A stretch of DNA of 64,000 nucleotides from Spirochaetia bacterium (GTDB taxonomy: Bacteria > Spirochaetota > Spirochaetia > SZUA-6 > Bin103), in the NCBI GenBank assembly GCA_965203055.1, contig OZ241863.1, forward strand, positions 704,001-768,000, written 5' to 3'. The first letter of the stretch is position 1. Each line of letters opens with the position of its first letter. Under the pieces are notes generated by a model. That model did no database searches and was not told the origin of the DNA. It saw nothing but the letters and a program-made list of their open reading frames with translations. Shown here piece after piece: positions 59,276-64,000 of the stretch. A program made the position numbers and the translations under genes.

Positions 59276-62257
59276 GTGCAGTCATCACCCGCCGGTTCCG
59301 CCGTCCGCCGAGTCAGCCCGCGCGGCGCAGACCGTACTGTCTTCCGCTGGCTGACCGCCATCTTTGCCGCCGTTGCCTTGCAGGCCGGCGCCGCCAGCGC
59401 CGAGCGCGACCTGTTCAATGAGGCCGAGCAGCGGTTCCGCGGCGGCAATTACGCGTTTGCCCTGGAGGCGTACCAGGACTTCCTCGAGCGCTACCCGCTC
59501 TCGGAACTGAACGCCGACGCTACCTACCGGGTCGGCGTGACGCAGACGCAGCTCGGCCGCTATCACGACGCGCTCGCCACCTTCGAGGAGGTGCAGGTGC
59601 GCCACCGCGGCACCCGCTACCTGCCGTTCGTGAACTTCTGGGCCGGGGTTTCGCTGTACGAACTGGAACAGTTCGATCGTGCGTCGGCCAGCCTGGGGGC
59701 GTTCGTCGCCGAGTCAGATGACCCCGACCTGGTTCCCCGGGCGCTGCTCTATCTTGCCCTGGCGGACGTCGCGATCGGCGATCTGAACGGCGCGGCGGAG
59801 GCTCTGGAACGGCTGCAGGAACCGGCGGGGGCTGCCGGTTCGAGCGAGTTCGGCACCGTGCTGCTCGGCTACGTGTACGCGGTGCAGGGGCGCCACGACG
59901 AGCTGCTGCGGCTGATCGAGCAGCGCCCGCCGGAAGCGATCGACCTGCGCTGGCGGTTCCAGTACCTGGCCTACCGCGCGGAGGCGTATTGGCAGCAGGA
60001 ACGGTACCCCGAGGCGGAAGCCGACTACCTCGCCATCGTGGAGGCCGAGGAAGTGGATGACGGCATCGCTGCCGTCGCCCTGCGCAGGTTGTTCATCGTC
60101 GCCGAGCGGCGCGGCGACTTCGATCAGATGGACTCGGCGACGCTGCGCGCCGAGTGGCGCTTTCGCGAGTCGCCGCAGCAACTCGCCAACTTCTGGCTGC
60201 GCCTCGGCATCGAGAACCACCGGCGCGGCAGTCATGAGCTGGCGCGCTTCTTCCTGAAGCGCGCCGCCGAGCTGGGCGTCAACAGCGAGGTGGGCGATGC
60301 CGCGGTCCTGTATCTGGCCGAGACCTACTTGAGCGAATCTGACGCGGACAGCCTGCAGGAAGCGGCGCAGGTGCTGGCTGCGAACCAGGAGCGCGGCGGC
60401 GACCGCTGGCCGGTGGTGCTGCGTCTCGGCGACGTGCTGCTGCGCCAGGAAGATTATGCCGGGGCCGCGCAGCAGTACGAGAGCTTCGTCACCACCGCGG
60501 CCGCCGACCCCGACAGCGACCCCGCGGAAGTGGCGCACGCGCGCTACCTGCTGGCCTACGCCCAGTACCGGCAGGGGAGCTACCACCAGGCGCTGCGGCA
60601 GGTGCGTGCGATCACCGCGCAGTCTGACGGCGGCCCGCGCATGGGCGATCTGCGGCGGCTGGAAACGGTGCTGCTGTGGCGCACCGGCGACACCGCGGAG
60701 GCGGAGCGCAGCGCCCGCGATTACGTGGATCGGTTCCCCGATGACATTCCGGCGCGGGTGGACCACATGCGCCTGTTGTACCGTCTGGAGCAGTGGCAGG
60801 ATCTGCTGGCCGCGGCCGGCGCGCTCGCCGAGCGCGTGCCGGCGCTGCGCTCGCGCGCGCCGCGCGCCTTCGTACTGACCTCCTATCTCAGGGGGTTGGC
60901 CTACGTGGCGCGCGGCGAGCACGCCGCGGCCGCCGACGCCCTGGCCGCGGTGACGCGCGACGTGGCGGAACGCCAGGGGCTCGGCAACATCGTGCCCTAC
61001 GCGCAGTACTACCGCGCCGCGGCGCACTTTCGCCAAGGGGCGTACGCGGTGGCCGGCGACCTGCTGGAAGAACTGGACCGGCAGTATCCGGGCCATGACC
61101 TGCAATACCACACCGCGTTCCTCGCCGGTCAGGCGGCCTTCAGTACCGCCAACTACGTGGCCGCGGCGGTGGCGTTTACCCGCGCGGCCGGCGATGACCA
61201 ACCGCGCGCCGCGCGGGCCGGGCTGTTCGCCGGCCGCAGCCGGGCCAATGCCGGCGACCTGGGCGGCGCGGAGCGGCAGTACCGCGAGGTGGCGGCGCGC
61301 TTTCCCGACTCCGAGGCGGCGGCCGACGCGACCTTCGAGCTGGCCGGGGTGCTGGCATTGGATGGACGCCTGCAGGCCGCCGAACGCGCTTACGGCGACG
61401 TGGCGTCCCAGTATCCGGCCAGTCCGCTGGCGGAGGACGCCGCGTTCCGCCGGGCGGAGCTGTTGTTGGAGCAGGATTCGGCGGCCGCGGCGCGAGATGC
61501 GTTCGCCCGCTACCGCAACGACCATCCGGATGGCCGCTTCCGCGACGGCGCGCTGTACTGGGGCGGGGTGGCGAGCAGCCGCGCCGGCGAGCCGCTGCGC
61601 GCCATCCTGTTGTGGGAGCTGCTGATCGACGAGTTTCCCGACAGCACGTTCCGCCCCAACGCGCTGCTGCAGGCCGCGGAAGGCTACGCGGCTCAGGATG
61701 ACCATCAGCCGGCCATCGCCTACCTCGGCGAGCTGGCCGGGCGGTACGGCGATGAGCCGGTGGGCCGACTCGGCGAGGCGCGGCTGCGGGAACTGCGGCT
61801 GGTGGCGTCCGGCGCGTCCGAGGAGGAAGCGTCGCTGATGGCGGCTATCGGCGCCGGCGGCGTGGATACCCGCAGCGGCCGGGAAGCGATGTTGGAACTG
61901 GCCAGAATCTACGTGTCCGACGTGGATCAGCCGAAGGCGTTGGCGCTGGCGATGTTGATCGACGTGGCCGAGCACGAAGCCGACCCCGAGACCGCGGCGC
62001 AGGCTGAGTTTCTGGCCGGCGAGTATCACCGCCGCATCGGCGATCCGGTGTCGGCCACCGATCACTATCTGGAAGCGGCGCTGCTGGCCGACGGCAATCG
62101 CGAGTTGATGGCCCGGTCGATGGTGCGCGCCGCCGAGGTGCTGCTGGTGATCGGGCGGCGCGCCGAAGCCGCCGGTCTGGTGGAGCGCCTGGAAGATTCG
62201 TTTCCCGGCAGCGACTGGGCGCGGCAGGCGGCAGACCTGCTGCGGGAGGATAGCTGA
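59276..62257 (+). CDS. Large exported tetratricopeptide-repeat protein (CpoB/BamD-like repeats)
   Basis: Signal-peptide-like stretch (WLTAIFAAVALQAGAASA), then many TPR units ending in YP.S / FPDS. Start uncertain. Confidence 0.88.
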   Translation: MQSSPAGSAVRRVSPRGADRTVFRWLTAIFAAVALQAGAASAERDLFNEAEQRFRGGNYAFALEAYQDFLERYPLSELNADATYRVGVTQTQLGRYHDALATFEEVQVRHRGTRYLPFVNFWAGVSLYELEQFDRASASLGAFVAESDDPDLVPRALLYLALADVAIGDLNGAAEALERLQEPAGAAGSSEFGTVLLGYVYAVQGRHDELLRLIEQRPPEAIDLRWRFQYLAYRAEAYWQQERYPEAEADYLAIVEAEEVDDGIAAVALRRLFIVAERRGDFDQMDSATLRAEWRFRESPQQLANFWLRLGIENHRRGSHELARFFLKRAAELGVNSEVGDAAVLYLAETYLSESDADSLQEAAQVLAANQERGGDRWPVVLRLGDVLLRQEDYAGAAQQYESFVTTAAADPDSDPAEVAHARYLLAYAQYRQGSYHQALRQVRAITAQSDGGPRMGDLRRLETVLLWRTGDTAEAERSARDYVDRFPDDIPARVDHMRLLYRLEQWQDLLAAAGALAERVPALRSRAPRAFVLTSYLRGLAYVARGEHAAAADALAAVTRDVAERQGLGNIVPYAQYYRAAAHFRQGAYAVAGDLLEELDRQYPGHDLQYHTAFLAGQAAFSTANYVAAAVAFTRAAGDDQPRAARAGLFAGRSRANAGDLGGAERQYREVAARFPDSEAAADATFELAGVLALDGRLQAAERAYGDVASQYPASPLAEDAAFRRAELLLEQDSAAAARDAFARYRNDHPDGRFRDGALYWGGVASSRAGEPLRAILLWELLIDEFPDSTFRPNALLQAAEGYAAQDDHQPAIAYLGELAGRYGDEPVGRLGEARLRELRLVASGASEEEASLMAAIGAGGVDTRSGREAMLELARIYVSDVDQPKALALAMLIDVAEHEADPETAAQAEFLAGEYHRRIGDPVSATDHYLEAALLADGNRELMARSMVRAAEVLLVIGRRAEAAGLVERLEDSFPGSDWARQAADLLREDS

Positions 62258-62259
62258 GC

Positions 62260-64000
62260 ATGACGCGGCGACGATGGCACCGCGCCGGCAGCCGGGTAGT
62301 CGGCGGCAGTCTGGCGTGGATCATGTTGCTCGCCGCCCCGGCGAGCCGGGTGGCAAGCCAGCAGGACGTGAGCCAGGTGGAGGACGAGGACATCGTCCTG
62401 CCGACGGTGGTCCTGGAGTTGGACGAGCCGACCTCGGGCGGCCTGGAGGTGGCGCTGCCGGTCGACATCCAGGTAGGGACGCCGGAGCTCTGGCCGCCGC
62501 TGCCGGAGGCGAGCGAGCTGGACATCGACCTGCGCACCGCGGTGGCCGCGCCGGCCATGGAGTTCGCGCGCGGCGGCGGCGAGGGGCTGGCGGACACGCT
62601 GGCGGCGGAGACCTACGTCAGAATCGGTACCACCATCGGCGACACCACCACCGGCGCGCTGAATCAATTGGACAGCGGCCTGTCGGTACTCGGGACCGGA
62701 GCGGACAGCGACTTCTCGCTGGCGTTCACCCACAGTCTGCGGGATGGGGTGCGCAATCACCGGCGTCCCGGCGAGGGCGCCAACGCCCAGCGCTACGCCG
62801 TTTCAGGTTCGGTGGCGCTCGGCGGCCAGTTCGAAGCCGAGGCCAGCATGGTCAACTCCGAACAGGGATTCGGGGCGCTGTGCAAGAAAGGCGAATACGA
62901 AAGCACCGACGTCTGCGGCATGGACGGGTATCAGCCGAAGGAGATCGCCGAGTCGGAGCGCCGCAACTCGGCCGAGTCGCAGGCGGTGGCGGTTGCGGCC
63001 AGCTATCGCATTCCGCTCGGCGACCGGTTGCAACTCACCCCCGCGGTGGACGCGCAGGCCGCGTCGACCACCTTGACCGGGCGCGACGCCGAGACCCACT
63101 CCGAGCTGTCGGCGGCGCCGGAGCTGGTGCTCGACTGGGACCTGGAGCCGGTCGACTTGCAGATCAGAGGCCGCTATCTGGTGCGGCGCTACGAGGAGTT
63201 GGGACGCGCCCAAGAGGAGGCCACCACCCGGCACCGGGGGCAGGCGGACGTTACCGGCAGCGTCGACCTGGGCGGTCAGATGGGGTTGGAACTGTCGCTC
63301 GGTTGGTCCTACAGCACCGATGAGAACGCGCAAGAGAAGTTCGGCGGCAACCGCTTCGTGCCGCAGGCTGCGGTCAGCGGGACTCCGGCCTCCTGGTTCA
63401 CCTTCCGGCTGGCGGGCGGCTTGGAGGTGCGCGAGCTCGGAGTGGCGTCGATCACCGAACGCTACCGCTACGTGGAACCGGACCGGGTTCTCGACGACGA
63501 AGGCTGGTTCGCGTTCGGCCGCGCCCAGTTCGGACTGGGCGAGCTGGTCGGGCTGAGCGAGTTGGCGGTGGTGGCCACCACCCGGCTGGCCACCCACTCG
63601 TTCGCCCTGACGCCGGCCGCGAAGTCGAACACGCGGAACCTGTACGACCTGCAGCAAGACGAGGTTAAGCTGAGCGTGGTGCCGGGCCTGGGTCTGAGCC
63701 TGGGATTCGGCGAAGTCCTGGAGATCCGCGCCAACGTCAGCGGCGAATTGATGGAAGACGCCCCCCAATTTGCGCCCAATTTGCGCTCGGAATTGGAGGT
63801 GGAGGCGTATACCGCGGACGGCGGGCTGGGGGTGCGGCTCAACGCCGCCCTGGACAGCGTGCCGGCCCTCGGTGGGCTGCAGGTGCCGGAGGTGGATATC
63901 GAGGGCCTCTGGCGGCAGGGTCCGGCGACGATAACCCTGGGCCTGACCGACATCATCGAGATCGCAAATTCGCCGCGCAAGGATTGGGCGCCCTATCTGC
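62260..64000 (+). CDS. Putative outer-membrane beta-barrel protein (3' truncated, not in ORF track)
   Basis: ATG 2 nt after the TPR stop; frame appears open to the window end. Signal-peptide-like N-terminus, acidic EDEDIVLPTVVLE segment, then alternating amphipathic strands (AVAASYRIPLGDRLQLTP, LQIRGRYL, LELSLGWSY). Confidence 0.7.
   Translation, partial: MTRRRWHRAGSRVVGGSLAWIMLLAAPASRVASQQDVSQVEDEDIVLPTVVLELDEPTSGGLEVALPVDIQVGTPELWPPLPEASELDIDLRTAVAAPAMEFARGGGEGLADTLAAETYVRIGTTIGDTTTGALNQLDSGLSVLGTGADSDFSLAFTHSLRDGVRNHRRPGEGANAQRYAVSGSVALGGQFEAEASMVNSEQGFGALCKKGEYESTDVCGMDGYQPKEIAESERRNSAESQAVAVAASYRIPLGDRLQLTPAVDAQAASTTLTGRDAETHSELSAAPELVLDWDLEPVDLQIRGRYLVRRYEELGRAQEEATTRHRGQADVTGSVDLGGQMGLELSLGWSYSTDENAQEKFGGNRFVPQAAVSGTPASWFTFRLAGGLEVRELGVASITERYRYVEPDRVLDDEGWFAFGRAQFGLGELVGLSELAVVATTRLATHSFALTPAAKSNTRNLYDLQQDEVKLSVVPGLGLSLGFGEVLEIRANVSGELMEDAPQFAPNLRSELEVEAYTADGGLGVRLNAALDSVPALGGLQVPEVDIEGLWRQGPATITLGLTDIIEIANSPRKDWAPYL

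Overview
A very GC-rich bacterial chromosomal window made almost entirely of housekeeping genes. It is probably from a Spirochaetota member (inference from RpoB Asn at E. coli S531, a spirochete-like L1 sequence, secY-rpmJ with no adk/map/infA between them, and the rny-ymdB-tlyA order). Left part: 5'-truncated ligA; a divergent DUF89/ARMT1 phosphatase and FGGY kinase pair; tRNA-Pro(GGG) ahead of a 5-formyl-THF cyclo-ligase; a minus-strand argR-argC-argB-argD-argG operon with a clear promoter and ARG box; then wzz-like, dnaE, hom, yggT, recG and rsmD. Centre (20870-50808): an unbroken tRNA-Thr-rpmG-tRNA-Trp-secE-nusG-rplKAJL-rpoBC-rpsLG-fusA-tuf-S10-spc-alpha supercluster. Right part: two uncharacterised genes, rny, ymdB, tlyA, a GerMN protein, der, a UDPGP type-1 pyrophosphorylase, a 993-aa TPR protein, and a 3'-truncated putative outer-membrane beta-barrel gene absent from the ORF track. 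I found no mobile element, CRISPR array or defence island, and no clear-cut novel multi-gene system. The best leads are a cyclo-ligase ORF that lacks a normal start and runs in frame through tRNA-Pro, substitutions at conserved ribosomal-protein and RNA polymerase positions (S12 K42R+P90A, S11, RpoB S531N), large low-complexity ribosomal-protein extensions, a repeat-containing rpsL leader, a near-leaderless autoregulated argR, and the TPR plus beta-barrel pair. All assignments come from motif recognition by eye; no database search was run.
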